NCBI GenBank assembly: GCA_965262555.1
Contig: OZ253543.1
Span: 4,129,010 to 4,193,009, forward strand
From: Vicinamibacterales bacterium
GTDB taxonomy: Bacteria; Acidobacteriota; Vicinamibacteria; Vicinamibacterales; UBA8438
Reading direction: 5' to 3'
Length of the DNA stretch: 64,000 nt
Shown here: positions 1-9,813 of the stretch, piece by piece
How positions within the stretch are numbered: the stretch's first letter is position 1
Layout: every line of letters begins with the position of its first letter
The notes under the pieces: generated by a model
Databases searched by the model: none
What the model was told of the DNA's origin: nothing
What the model saw: the letters and a program-made list of their open reading frames with translations, nothing else
Translations under genes and position numbers: made by a program

Positions 1-715
1 CGTCCTCGCTCAACTCCTGGGCGTAGCGGCGCATGGTGGGGACCGTCTCCCCGCGATGGGTTCGGGCGTGGGCGAGCGAGTCGCGGATCACGACGGTCAC
101 AGCTTGAATCGTTTCCGCGCCGAGCGCGTGCCGCGCGAGGATGCCGCCGAGGGGAAGGGGCGCGGCTGTGGCCGCCTCCCAGACCGCGCCGAGGTCTTCG
201 ACCAGGGTGAGCTCGTGCGCGCGCCAGGTGAAGCGGCCTTCATGGATGCAGACGCCGAAGTCGGCGGCGCCCGCCTCGAGCGTGGGCATGATGTCGGAGA
301 ACACCACCTGCTCCACCGCGCCTTCACTAGGATGAAACAGCTCGTAGAGCAGCGTGGCGGTGGTGTGCGCGCCCGGGCATAGCACGCGGGCGGGCCGCGG
401 GCCGCCGTGCGGTTGAGGGACCGGGTCGCGGGGATGGCTGTCCGGGCGCGCGGCGAGCAGCAGGGGGCCGACGCCGAAGCCCAGCGCGGAACCCACCGGC
501 AGCACGCCCAGAGTGCCGCGCAGCCGGAGCGCGGCGTGAAAGCTGGCTTTTGCCACGTCGAAGTCACCGGCGAGCAGCCGCCGGTTCAGCTCTTCGACGT
601 CGAGCAGATCGATGCGGAAGTCGAGGTCCCGCAGGTTCACCTTCCCTTCCAGAATGCCGTGGAAGGCAAACGTATCGTTCGGACAGGTGGAAATGCCCAG
701 GTGGATCGGCGTCAC
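1..715 (-). CDS. mqnD: 1,4-dihydroxy-6-naphthoate synthase (MqnD); 3' end runs off the left edge
   Basis: Hand translation of the minus strand from GTG at 715 gives VTPIHLGISTCPNDTFAFHGILEGKVNLRDLDFRIDLLDVEELNRRLLAGDFDVAKASFHAAL..., which matches the MqnD family N-terminus as I remember it. The frame stays open to position 1. It is absent from the ORF track because there is no stop in the window. It overlaps the mqnB stop as GTGA. Confidence 0.8.
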   Translation of the reverse strand, partial: MTPIHLGISTCPNDTFAFHGILEGKVNLRDLDFRIDLLDVEELNRRLLAGDFDVAKASFHAALRLRGTLGVLPVGSALGFGVGPLLLAARPDSHPRDPVPQPHGGPRPARVLCPGAHTTATLLYELFHPSEGAVEQVVFSDIMPTLEAGAADFGVCIHEGRFTWRAHELTLVEDLGAVWEAATAAPLPLGGILARHALGAETIQAVTVVIRDSLAHARTHRGETVPTMRRYAQELSED

Positions 716-1374
716 GCGGCGGAGCTCCAGGCAGGCCGGTGCAGCAGGTCGGCCGCGACGAGATAGGCCGCGTCCAGGGCCTCTGGCATCTGCCAGCGCT
801 CGAACCGCCGGTCGCCGACGGTGTTGGAGATGCCGCGGACGATGGCCACCGGAACCTTGGCGAGCCGGCACGCCAGGGCCACCGCGAAGCCTTCCATGTC
901 TTCTGCCACCGCGCCCGGGAACAGATCCCGGCGCTCACGGGCCTCGGCTTCCGTCGCCGAAGCGGTACACACCGTCAGCAACGGGCCGGCCGCGGAGGGA
1001 ACCGGACGGGCGAGAGGCAGCGCGTCGGGCTCGTCCGTCGCGGCGTGGCTGCTCCGCGGCCAATGACGGAACCCGAGGGCGTTCGCCGAGACGAACGAGG
1101 CGACGCCGACCCCGACCCCGTGCATCAGCACCGATGGAAAGACGGCGGCGGTGCCGACCGGGAGTCCGCGGGGGTCGAAGGTGCCGGCGATGCCGACGAG
1201 GATTACCCGCTCGGGCTCGTGGACCGCAATGGCGTGGCGGGCCTGCGCCGCCGCCGCCACCGGCCCGAAGCCGCACAGCTCGCAGGGCGCCTCGACCCCG
1301 AAGCCCCGCTGGCGGGCGAGGTGGCGTCGCTCGGTCTCGGTGGGGACCAGAACAAGGGTGTGAGGAGCGCTCAT
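712..1374 (-). CDS. mqnB: futalosine hydrolase / nucleoside phosphorylase-fold protein (MqnB)
   Basis: ORF 712..1608 trimmed to the ATG at 1374 (MSAPHTLVLVPTETE...). PNP/UDP-fold motifs are present (VILVGIAGTF, AEDMEGFAVA). It is translationally coupled to mqnD. Confidence 0.75.
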   Translation of the reverse strand: MSAPHTLVLVPTETERRHLARQRGFGVEAPCELCGFGPVAAAAQARHAIAVHEPERVILVGIAGTFDPRGLPVGTAAVFPSVLMHGVGVGVASFVSANALGFRHWPRSSHAATDEPDALPLARPVPSAAGPLLTVCTASATEAEARERRDLFPGAVAEDMEGFAVALACRLAKVPVAIVRGISNTVGDRRFERWQMPEALDAAYLVAADLLHRPAWSSAA

Positions 1375-1393
1375 CACGACTTGCCGCCCGCCG

Positions 1394-1920
1394 TCAGTCG
1401 CCCGCGAGTTCTGCGTAGACGGCGGTGAGGAACCGCTCCGGGTCGCCCCACGTGGCTTCGTACTCGGCCGTCGGACCGGCCGCCACCACGTCGTCGTAGC
1501 TCCCGCCCTCAGCGACGAGGGCCGACACTTTCGCCTTGACGGCGATGACCATGTCGCGGAACTCGATGACGTCTGCCCGACCGGACACGACGCCGTGCCC
1601 CGGCACAATCATGGTGTCCGGACCGGCGATACCGGCCGCGATGCCGAGGGCTTCGATGGTGCCGTCGAGCGTTCCGCCGTTGTTGCGGTCGATGACCGGG
1701 AAGGCGACCGTCCGGAACACGTCGCCCAGGTGCAGTACGTCCGAGCCCGGGAAGTGGATGAAGGTGTCGCCGTCCGTATGCGCCGGCGGCACCGGAATCA
1801 AGCGGACGTCCTCGCCGTTGAGGTGCCCCGGATTGCCTCGACGATGCGATCCGTGAGCGGGGCGAACTGATCGTCGATCATGACGACGCCGTCGACGGCA
1901 AGCAGTACATCGCGTTCGGC
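1394..1920 (-). pseudogene. MBL-fold metallo-hydrolase remnant with an internal deletion and frameshift
   Basis: ORF 1394..1801 (TTG start) encodes only the C-terminal half: (HLNGEDVRL)IPVPPAHTDGDTFIHF...VPGHG.... A different frame at about 1826-1911 reads DVLLAVDGVVMIDDQFAPLTDRIVEAIRG, the N-terminal strand region of the same family. The stretch that should carry HxHxDH between the two pieces is missing. Confidence 0.55.
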
Positions 1921-2231
1921 GCTGGCGGCCCGCTCGGCGGATCGAGCTGGACCAGCATCATCCCGGCCGACCTGATCTCCGAGATGCGCAACCCACGCGC
2001 AGGCAACGCCATCTTCGTCTTCGGGCATTCCTGCCCTTGCGCGCTGGTTCCTTTCGCCAATCATCAACGGGGCGCCACGCGACGCGGTGGCGGGACACGC
2101 TGCAGGCGGTCGCCAAGCATCTCGGATCGGCCGTGCCGGCCGACAGCGTACGCGACAGCGAAGGCCGGGTCGACCTGGAGCCGCTGTCGCTGCTGTCCGA
2201 CGCGTAGCGGCGCGCCGCTGGCGCTGGCCGG

Positions 2232-2906
2232 CTACTGGGCGTACTGCTTGCGCATACCGCGCGTCCACTTCTCGAACGGCGGCGGCACGTACGAGTCGCG
2301 GTTCGGCATGACGACCTGCGGCAACGTCGTCTGGTCCATCACCTCGTCGTCCGCGATGATGCCGCTGCGGTTGAGCAGATAGGCGGTCAGGCTGTACACC
2401 TCGTCCGGCGTGAGGCAGCACGGCGCCGAAGCCTCGGTCCAGACCGAGCTGCTGAAACGCCGCATGTCCATATGTTCGTGCTGCAGGTCGAGCGGCATCA
2501 TCTGATTGATGTAGCTCCAGATCAGTGGCGCAAACGGGTGTTGGGAATTGGCGATGCGCGGAAAGCGCCCGCCCGGCGTCCGCTCCAGCAGCTTCGGACC
2601 CGGCCCTTCCAGACCGGTCGAGCCGTGGCATGAGGCGCACCCCCGCGCGAGCCAGACGATCTCGCCTTCCTTTGCGGTGCCGCGTCCGCGCGGGAGGTCT
2701 TCGCCGTCCGGTCCGACGGCGGCGTCGGAGGGGTTGAGTTCCGCCTCGGTCGGCGGACGGCCCAGGTTGTAGACGGGTTCCTGCGCCTCGGCCGCGAAGC
2801 CGGACCCCAGCAGCAGCGCCGCCGCTACAAGCAACCTACACAGCGTTGTGGACGGTCCCGTCACTGGCCACCCTCCAGGGTTGAATCGAGTTTCCGTGCG
2901 GCGCAC
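2232..2906 (-). CDS. mono-haem cytochrome c subunit, SoxD/SorB-like
   Basis: 224-aa ORF with a hydrophobic N-terminus and a single CASCH haem-binding motif, immediately downstream of the molybdoprotein gene. The start is uncertain: the ORF overlaps the soxC-like stop by about 70 nt, so a later TTG/CTG start is possible. Confidence 0.7.
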   Translation of the reverse strand: MRRTETRFNPGGWPVTGPSTTLCRLLVAAALLLGSGFAAEAQEPVYNLGRPPTEAELNPSDAAVGPDGEDLPRGRGTAKEGEIVWLARGCASCHGSTGLEGPGPKLLERTPGGRFPRIANSQHPFAPLIWSYINQMMPLDLQHEHMDMRRFSSSVWTEASAPCCLTPDEVYSLTAYLLNRSGIIADDEVMDQTTLPQVVMPNRDSYVPPPFEKWTRGMRKQYAQ

Positions 2907-4119
2907 CGGACGTGCCCCAGAAATTCGCGAACTCGGCCGCCGTCGGCTGCACCTGGCCCTGATCGTCGGTGCACCGCGACATGAGCAGCGCCTCGGCGCC
3001 GTCCCACGTCCACGGCAGCGTGAAGCGGGTCAGCGCGACGCGCAGCAGCGGCTCCTGCAGCTTCGCGTCGGTCCAGGTGCGGCCGCCGTCGGCCGACACC
3101 TCCACGCGCCGCACGGTGCCGCTGCCCGACCATGCCAGCCCGGTCAGCGTGTAGTAGCCGCGGCCGGGCAGCCGCTGCTCGCCGGACGGGAACGTGATGA
3201 CCGACTTCGGCCCCTGTTCCATGAAGTAGGAGCCTTCCCCGGCCGTATGGCTGTTCGCCATCCGGTTGGGGCCGGTCCGCGCGGTGCCCTGCCGCTTCGT
3301 GTACGAATGCTTTTCCCAGTAGGTGACGTAGGGGCGATCGACGACCCTGATCCGCCGCAGCCACTTGATGTGGTACTTGCCCTGGAATCCGGGCACCACC
3401 AGGCGCAGGGGGAAGCCCTGGTGGGGGCGCAGCGGCTCGCCGTTCTGCCCGTACGCGACCAGCACGTCGTCCGTCGCCTTGCCCATCGGCATGCTGGCCC
3501 CGAGCTTGGTCGCCTCGGCGCCTTCCGACAGCACCCACCCTGCGCCGTCCTTGACGCCCACCTCGTCGAGCAGCACCGAGAGCGGGACGCCGGTCCACTC
3601 GCTGCAGGCAATCATGCCGTGCATCTGGTCGACCGTCTTCTCCTCCGGGCGCGGCGCGTTGGCGATGCACTCGATGAAATTCACCCGCGTGACGGACGGC
3701 AGGCGCGTCAACTCCTCCATGGTGAACACCAGCGGCCGGTCCACCAGGCCGTAGACCATGAGGCGGTGCTCCCGGGGGTCGATGTCCGGGGGATTGTTGC
3801 CGTGCGAGGAGACGTAGTGCAGCGCGGACGGCGTGATCGTGCCGGTCAACTCCGACAGCGGCGTCCGCGCGTCGAGGCCGTCCGGGTTGCCGTGCAGATC
3901 GATGTGGCCGATCATCGTCATCGGCGTGCGCACGGTCTGCACGAAGCGCGACCGCTCGCCGTACGCCATCGCGTGGCTGGCGACCCCTCCCGGCCGCGGG
4001 CCCCCCAGCCCCTGACCGCTCGCGGCATTCGCGCCGATGGCCATGCCGCCAGCCAGCCCGCCGGCGAACACCGCCCCTTCCTTGATGAAATTCCTGCGAC
4101 TAGCGCGTTTGGCAGCCAT
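2836..4119 (-). CDS. soxC: sulfite dehydrogenase / sulfane dehydrogenase molybdopterin subunit (SoxC/SorA family)
   Basis: ORF trimmed to the ATG at 4119, preceded by GGAGGG. Twin-arginine signal (RRNFIKEG). The body matches the sulfite-oxidase family (LMVYGLVDRPL, GFPLRLVVPG, YHIKWLRRI). Confidence 0.85.
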   Translation of the reverse strand: MAAKRASRRNFIKEGAVFAGGLAGGMAIGANAASGQGLGGPRPGGVASHAMAYGERSRFVQTVRTPMTMIGHIDLHGNPDGLDARTPLSELTGTITPSALHYVSSHGNNPPDIDPREHRLMVYGLVDRPLVFTMEELTRLPSVTRVNFIECIANAPRPEEKTVDQMHGMIACSEWTGVPLSVLLDEVGVKDGAGWVLSEGAEATKLGASMPMGKATDDVLVAYGQNGEPLRPHQGFPLRLVVPGFQGKYHIKWLRRIRVVDRPYVTYWEKHSYTKRQGTARTGPNRMANSHTAGEGSYFMEQGPKSVITFPSGEQRLPGRGYYTLTGLAWSGSGTVRRVEVSADGGRTWTDAKLQEPLLRVALTRFTLPWTWDGAEALLMSRCTDDQGQVQPTAAEFANFWGTSGAPHGNSIQPWRVASDGTVHNAV

Positions 4120-4291
4120 GGGCCCTCCAGTATCAGACGGGGACGGATGCAAGGAACAGCTACTATCTAGCCCAGAGCCGCGCGAGAGTCAAGGCGAATC
4201 CTGAAACGGCTTCGCTGGGTAGACCGGTTCGAGTACGGCGTGGAGCTGGTTGGTGGGCGGGACGGGGGCGGTTGCGCGTCCGCTGTCGCGG

Positions 4292-4726
4292 TTAGGGCAG
4301 CCTATCGAACGGGTCGACCACCGTAACGCCAAGGGGCGCGAAGTCGCGCACGTTGCGCGTCAGGACGGTGAGGTTGTGACTGGCGGCGGTGGCGGCAATG
4401 GCAACGTCGGCGAAATCCGGGGTGCGTCCGGCAGAGCGAGCACGATCCGTCAGATCACCGGCCCGGCGCGCCTCCCTGACGCCGAACGGCAGGATTCGCG
4501 ATCCGTACAAGTGCAGCACCAAGTCGATCCACTGCCGGAGGCCAACAGCCTTCGCGCTGGATCCGGTTCGCTCCAGCCTCGCGACGCCTGCGGTGATCTC
4601 GGTCACCGTCACGGCAGACAGAAACAGTTCCGGCGAGTGCTTGTGCATCCACCCACCGAGTGCGGGCGTATGCTGAGGCCGTCCGGGCGCCGAGGCGGAC
4701 AGCACGTTGGTGTCGAGGAGGTACAC
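4292..4726 (-). CDS. vapC: PIN-domain toxin VapC
   Basis: Trimmed to the GTG at 4726, giving (M)YLLDTNVLS.... The C-terminal region NLTVLTRNVRDF is typical of PIN toxins. It lies directly downstream of the antitoxin. Confidence 0.8.
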   Translation of the reverse strand: MYLLDTNVLSASAPGRPQHTPALGGWMHKHSPELFLSAVTVTEITAGVARLERTGSSAKAVGLRQWIDLVLHLYGSRILPFGVREARRAGDLTDRARSAGRTPDFADVAIAATAASHNLTVLTRNVRDFAPLGVTVVDPFDRLP

Positions 4727-4734
4727 CTTGGAAT

Positions 4735-4977
4735 CTACAACCCTGGGTCGCGGGGCGGAGTGCGGGTGCGCTCGAACACGTCGTCGTCCACAGTCGGCAT
4801 GGAGCAAAGTAGGTTGCCGAACGACGGAACCCGACGGAGCCGGTCCCATTCGTCGACACCGATGATGACCGCCCGGGGCTTGCCGTGGCGGGTGATCACG
4901 GCTGCGTTGCCCTCGGCCGCCGCTTCCACCAACGCTGAGAGCTTGGCCTTGGCATCGCGCAACTGAATCTGCTGCAT
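4735..4977 (-). CDS. Phd/YefM-type antitoxin
   Basis: Trimmed to the ATG at 4977: MQQIQLRDAKAKLSALVEAAAEGNAAVITRHGKPRAVIIGVDEWDRL, the classic Phd/YefM N-terminal signature. The longer tracked ORF (to 5406) is upstream read-through. Confidence 0.85.
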   Translation of the reverse strand: MQQIQLRDAKAKLSALVEAAAEGNAAVITRHGKPRAVIIGVDEWDRLRRVPSFGNLLCSMPTVDDDVFERTRTPPRDPGL

Positions 4978-5062
4978 ACCTGAAACCCTCTTGAAGAGAC
5001 TACTGTAGTCAGTATAATCCATGAAACGAGGAATCACCTCCGGAGACTGGAGGGACTGAACA

Positions 5063-6064
5063 ATGCGACCAGATTGGCGCAACGTCCAGCAGGCAGTCGT
5101 CGCGTGCGCGCTGCTCGGATTGGCTGCCGGGTGCGCGGCGCCGGTTGGGGATTCGGCGGCGGCGTACACCGAGGTGGAGTGGCCGATTCCGGCGATGACG
5201 GCAGCCGACTCGCCGACGGTCTGGAACTTCGGGCAGGTGGTGGCGGTTGCGACCGGCGCCAACGGGAACATCCTGATGCTGCAGCGGCAGCGGCATCCCA
5301 TCCTGGAGTTCGCGCCGGACGGCAGGTTCGTCCGGGCCTGGGGCGATGGATTGTTCAGCCACGGCAAGGTGGCGGGCGTCCCGCCGGAGAATCGCGCGCC
5401 GGACACCTCCGGATACTCGGCGGTCTATGGCGCGGCGGGGTGCCAGCATTGCGGAGCCCACGCGATCCGCGTCGACCCGGACGGCAACGTCTGGGTGGTC
5501 GACGCGCCGGGGCACGTCATCCACAAGCTGAGCCCGTCGGGCGAGCTGCTGATGCACCTGGGCACGCCGGGGGTCTCGGGTGACGGACCCGACACGTTCA
5601 ATCTGCCGACGGACATCGCGTTCGCCCCCGACGGCGATCTCTACGTCAGCGACGGCTACGGCAACGCGCGGATCGTCCGGTTCACGAGCGACGGCACCTA
5701 CAAGGCGGAATGGGGATCGCGCGGCATCGGGCCGGGCGAGTTCGGCCTGCCGCACGGCATCGCCGTGGCCGGCGACGGACGCGTCTACGCGGTCGACCGG
5801 GACAACCGCCGGGTGCAGGTGTTCGACGCCGACGGCGTGTTCCTCGACGAGTGGACCGACTTGACGGGCGTGCAGGCGCTTGTCGTCACAGACGATCAGC
5901 GGATCTGGGCGGGCGGCGCGTTGCGCGAACTCGACGGCACGGTCGTAGCCGAGCTGCCGGACGGCTACGGCGGCCACGGCATGAGCGTCTCGCATGACGG
6001 CGACGTATTCGTCGCGCAACTCAGCGGCCGCATGCAGAAATTCGTCCCGGGATCGGGCGATTGA
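5063..6064 (+). CDS. NHL-repeat lipoprotein (peptidyl-alpha-hydroxyglycine lyase-like beta-propeller)
   Basis: Lipobox LAAGC. Repeated NHL-type blades are present (FNLPTDIAFAPDGDLYVSD, FGLPHGIAVAGDGRVYAVD). Confidence 0.75.
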   Translation: MRPDWRNVQQAVVACALLGLAAGCAAPVGDSAAAYTEVEWPIPAMTAADSPTVWNFGQVVAVATGANGNILMLQRQRHPILEFAPDGRFVRAWGDGLFSHGKVAGVPPENRAPDTSGYSAVYGAAGCQHCGAHAIRVDPDGNVWVVDAPGHVIHKLSPSGELLMHLGTPGVSGDGPDTFNLPTDIAFAPDGDLYVSDGYGNARIVRFTSDGTYKAEWGSRGIGPGEFGLPHGIAVAGDGRVYAVDRDNRRVQVFDADGVFLDEWTDLTGVQALVVTDDQRIWAGGALRELDGTVVAELPDGYGGHGMSVSHDGDVFVAQLSGRMQKFVPGSGD

Positions 6065-6185
6065 ACCTGGCGCCATGCAGGTCATCGTCTCGTCGCGGCA
6101 CGCTTGAGCGTCGTTCCTGCGTGCCGCCTCGAGTCCGGTGGGACCCTATAATCGTGCAGGCCGGAATCCGGACGGGGGACACAGC

Positions 6186-7247
6186 ATGAGTCAGTCACGA
6201 GCGGTGCAGGGTCTGGCTGTGGCGTTGATCACGGTGGGTGTGTTGGGAACCGCGGCGCCCGTCCAGGCGCAGTCGTCCCAGCCGGAGTCGTGGACCGTCC
6301 CGCGGACGCCGGACGGCCGGCCCGACCTGCAGGGGGTGTGGGCCAACAACACCGCCACGCCACTGGAGCGTCCGGAAGTCCTGGGTGACAAGGCGGAGCT
6401 GACCGACGAGGAGCTGGCTCGCCTGCAGGCGCGCTACGCGGAGCTCTTCGCAAACGGCGAGAGCGACGCGGCGTTCGCGGACAGCGTGTTCGTCGCCGCC
6501 CTTAGCGATCAGGACTCGTTCTCGTCGCGCGACGCGGCCACCGGCAACTACAACCAGTTCTGGCTGGTGGACCGGGAGTTCGACAACCGGACCTCGCTGG
6601 TGATCGACCCCCCGAACGGGCGCGTGCCGCCGTTCACGCCGGAAGCGCGGCGCCAGATCGACGCCCGCGTCGATCATCTGGCCGACAACCCCGCCTCATC
6701 CTGGACCGATCGGCGGCTGCAGGAACGCTGCATCACCTTCGGCATGCCGAATCTGTTCGCCGGCTACAACACCTACTACCAGATCATCCAGACCCCCGGA
6801 CACGTCGTCTTCCTGCACGAGATGATCCACGACGCCCGCATCATCCCTCTGGACGGATCCCCGCATGCGGACGATGCGATCCGGCAGTGGCACGGTGACG
6901 CGCGCGGGCGCTGGGAGGGTGACACGCTGGTGGTCGAAACCACGAATTTCTCCCCCAAGAGCGAGTCGCCGGCCGCGCTCTACCAGCGGACCCGCGGCTC
7001 CGCGGAACGGCTGCGCCTGGTCGAGCGTTTCACCCGGGTCGGGCCCCACACGCTGCAGCACGAGTTCACGGTCGAGGATCCCGGTACCTACGCCGGCGCC
7101 TGGACCGCCATGATCCCGCTGTCGCGCAAGGACGAGTTGCTCTTCGAGTATGCCTGCCATGAAGGCAACATCGGCATGGAAGGCATTCTTGCCGGCCATC
7201 GCGCCGAGGAACGGGCAGCCGAAGCGGCGGCCGGCGCCGCACGGTAA
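6186..7247 (+). CDS. secreted conserved hypothetical protein
   Basis: Trimmed to MSQSRAVQGLAVALITVGVLGTAAPVQAQ (signal peptide). Long ORF with consistently G/C-rich third codon positions and the C-terminal motif FEYACHEGN. I cannot assign a function. Confidence 0.6.
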   Translation: MSQSRAVQGLAVALITVGVLGTAAPVQAQSSQPESWTVPRTPDGRPDLQGVWANNTATPLERPEVLGDKAELTDEELARLQARYAELFANGESDAAFADSVFVAALSDQDSFSSRDAATGNYNQFWLVDREFDNRTSLVIDPPNGRVPPFTPEARRQIDARVDHLADNPASSWTDRRLQERCITFGMPNLFAGYNTYYQIIQTPGHVVFLHEMIHDARIIPLDGSPHADDAIRQWHGDARGRWEGDTLVVETTNFSPKSESPAALYQRTRGSAERLRLVERFTRVGPHTLQHEFTVEDPGTYAGAWTAMIPLSRKDELLFEYACHEGNIGMEGILAGHRAEERAAEAAAGAAR

Positions 7248-7262
7248 CTACTGGCTGCGAAC

Positions 7263-9716
7263 GTGCTAGTCGGATGCTGCGCCCCCCCGGGGTGGCTCCG
7301 CCGCCTCGGGGTCGTGTGGATCGCAGCGCTTCTTACACCAGCCGCTGCCGCACGGGCCCAACCGCCGGGGCTTGAGCCGGGCACGCCCGATCCGCGTGAG
7401 GCGGCGGCCACCGTATCCGCCGCGGCGGCTGGACCCGCCGCGACCGGGGTGCCCGACCGCCCGATGCCACCGACGCCCCCCGCGGTCATCGCCCGGGACG
7501 CGCAGGGACGGGCCACCGTCCGCGCCGTCAGGCTGGTCACCGGCATTCGTCTGGACGGCGTCCTCGACGAACCGGCGTACCGGACTGTCCCCGCCCTCGA
7601 CGACTTCATCCAGCAGGAGCCGAACGAGGGGGCGCCGGCCAGCGAGAGAACGGAAGCCTGGGTTCTGTTCGACGCGACGAACATCTATATAGCCGCCCGC
7701 GTGTGGGACTCGGCGCCGCCGTCCGCGTGGGTGGCGAACGAGATGCAGCGCGACACGCCGCAACTCCGCGAGAACGACTCGTTCTGGGTCGCCTTCGACA
7801 CGTTCAACGACCGCCGCAACGGGGTCGCCTTCTACACCAACCCGCTCGGCGCGCTCGGAGACTTCGCCATCACCAACGAGGGTAACCCCAATGGAGACTG
7901 GAACCCGGTGTGGGACGTGCGCACGGGGCGCTTCGAGGGCGGCTGGACGGTCGAGATGGAAATCCCCTTCAAGTCGCTCCGCTACCGGCCTGGGCCGACG
8001 CCGGTCTGGGGGATTCAGTTCCGCCGCGTGGTGCGGCGGAAGAACGAACGGGCCTACCTCACTCCGGTGCCCATTTCGGCCGGGCGCCGCGGCATCTTCC
8101 GCCTATCCGACGCGGCGATGCTGGTGGGTCTGGACCTGCCTGCGGCAGGGAACAATCTGGAGGTCAAGCCGTACGCCATCGGCGGGCCCACGACCGACGT
8201 CACCGTCAATCCCCCAACGGCGTGGGATGGTGCCGCCGGCGTCGACGTCAAGTACGGCATCACCGAGAACCTGACGGCCGACCTCACGTACAACACGGAC
8301 TTCGCGCAGGTGGAAGTGGACGAGCAGCAAGTGAACCTGACTCGCTTCAGCCTGTTCTTTCCCGAGAAACGCGAATTCTTTCTCGAAGGCCGGGGCATCT
8401 TCGACTTCGCCCGCGGCGGCGGCCCGAATACACGCGACAGCGCTCTGCGCCAGATTGGGGGCGGCCGCCGCGGCAGCTCGTTCGGGGGCGGCAACGCGCC
8501 GACGCTCTTCTACTCGCGCCGGATCGGCCTCCAGGGTGGATCGGTGGTGCCGATTGTCGGCGGCGGCAGGGTCACGGGGAAGGTGGGCGATTTCGATGTG
8601 GGCGCCCTGAACATCCAGACGGGCGAGCGCGTGCCCGGGCCCCAGGACGCGGCCGGCGCTGAATCGACACACTTCACCGTCGTGCGCGTAAAGCGTGACA
8701 TCCTGCGCCGTAGCGCCGTCGGCGCCCTGTTCACCAACCGTTCCGTCTCGGTCGAGGGTGAGGGTCCCGGCGCGAACCGGGTGTTCGGCGCCGACGCCAC
8801 CCTGGCGTTCTACGAGAACGTCAGCGTGGTGGGCTATTTCGCAAGGACGCAGACGCCGGGACTCGAAGAGCGGGACACGAGCTACCAGGGCCAGTTCATC
8901 TACGCGGGGGACCGCTACGGCCTGACCGCCGAGCACCTCGTCGTCGAAGACAACTTCATTCCCGAGGTGGGGTTCCTCCGGCGCGACAACTTCCGGCGAT
9001 CGTACCTGTCGGGACGCTTCAGTCAGCGTCCGCAGTCACTGGAGGCAGTACGGCAGTTCCGGCTCGAAGCGAGCTACGACTACATTCTGACCGCCGATAC
9101 CGGCATCCTGGAGACGAAGCAGGCGCAGGTGGGCTTCTCCACCGAGTTCGAGACGAGCGACCGGGTGGGGATGACGTTCGCGGACAACTACGAGTTCCTC
9201 GTGCGGCCGTTTGAACTCGGATCGGGCGTCGTGCTGCCGGTGGGCGGCTACGGGTTCCGGGATGTCGAGGCGACCTACACGGTCGGGGCGCAGCGCCGCC
9301 TCACGGGCATCGTCACGGTACGCGGTGGCGAGTACTTCAACGGGAACATCTGGTCCATTGGCTTCAGCCAGGGTCGTCTGGCGCTGACCCCCGAGCTGTC
9401 GATCGAACCGACCCTGTCGGAAAACTGGATCGACACGCCGCACGGCTCGTTCCACACCCGGCTGATCGTCTCCCGCGTCACCTACACGTTCTCGCCCCGC
9501 ATGTTTTTCGGCGGGCTCATTCAGTACAACTCCGCCACCCATAGCGTCAGCACCAATCTCCGACTGCGCTGGGAATACAGTCCCGGCAGCGAGTTGTTCG
9601 TCGTCTACACGGAAGACCGCGACAGCGACCCCTTGCGGCCGGACCGCCTCGATAGCTTCTCCCTGCTTCGCAACCGCGGTTTCGTGGTAAAGGTGAACCG
9701 GCTGTTCCGTTTCTAG
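7263..9716 (+). CDS. large secreted/outer-membrane protein, CBM9-like N-domain plus DUF5916-like beta-rich body
   Basis: 817-aa ORF with a signal-like N-terminus and the motifs IRLDGVLDEPAY...FIQQEPNEGAPASE...MEIPFKSLRY. It is a paralogue of 37603..40653. The family name is recalled from memory. Confidence 0.65.
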   Translation: MLVGCCAPPGWLRRLGVVWIAALLTPAAAARAQPPGLEPGTPDPREAAATVSAAAAGPAATGVPDRPMPPTPPAVIARDAQGRATVRAVRLVTGIRLDGVLDEPAYRTVPALDDFIQQEPNEGAPASERTEAWVLFDATNIYIAARVWDSAPPSAWVANEMQRDTPQLRENDSFWVAFDTFNDRRNGVAFYTNPLGALGDFAITNEGNPNGDWNPVWDVRTGRFEGGWTVEMEIPFKSLRYRPGPTPVWGIQFRRVVRRKNERAYLTPVPISAGRRGIFRLSDAAMLVGLDLPAAGNNLEVKPYAIGGPTTDVTVNPPTAWDGAAGVDVKYGITENLTADLTYNTDFAQVEVDEQQVNLTRFSLFFPEKREFFLEGRGIFDFARGGGPNTRDSALRQIGGGRRGSSFGGGNAPTLFYSRRIGLQGGSVVPIVGGGRVTGKVGDFDVGALNIQTGERVPGPQDAAGAESTHFTVVRVKRDILRRSAVGALFTNRSVSVEGEGPGANRVFGADATLAFYENVSVVGYFARTQTPGLEERDTSYQGQFIYAGDRYGLTAEHLVVEDNFIPEVGFLRRDNFRRSYLSGRFSQRPQSLEAVRQFRLEASYDYILTADTGILETKQAQVGFSTEFETSDRVGMTFADNYEFLVRPFELGSGVVLPVGGYGFRDVEATYTVGAQRRLTGIVTVRGGEYFNGNIWSIGFSQGRLALTPELSIEPTLSENWIDTPHGSFHTRLIVSRVTYTFSPRMFFGGLIQYNSATHSVSTNLRLRWEYSPGSELFVVYTEDRDSDPLRPDRLDSFSLLRNRGFVVKVNRLFRF

Positions 9717-9813
9717 CGATCCGTCGTGAAACCCCGCGTCGCACCGTCCATGCGGTTTGCGGGCATGGACGGTACGCGCGCGGGAGAAAACCCGTAAAAT
9801 CGCCGCCACCCCG

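Noticed and set aside
2848-4170. 440-aa plus-strand ORF
   Set aside because: It is antisense to the SoxC-like molybdoprotein, which has the Tat signal and family motifs.
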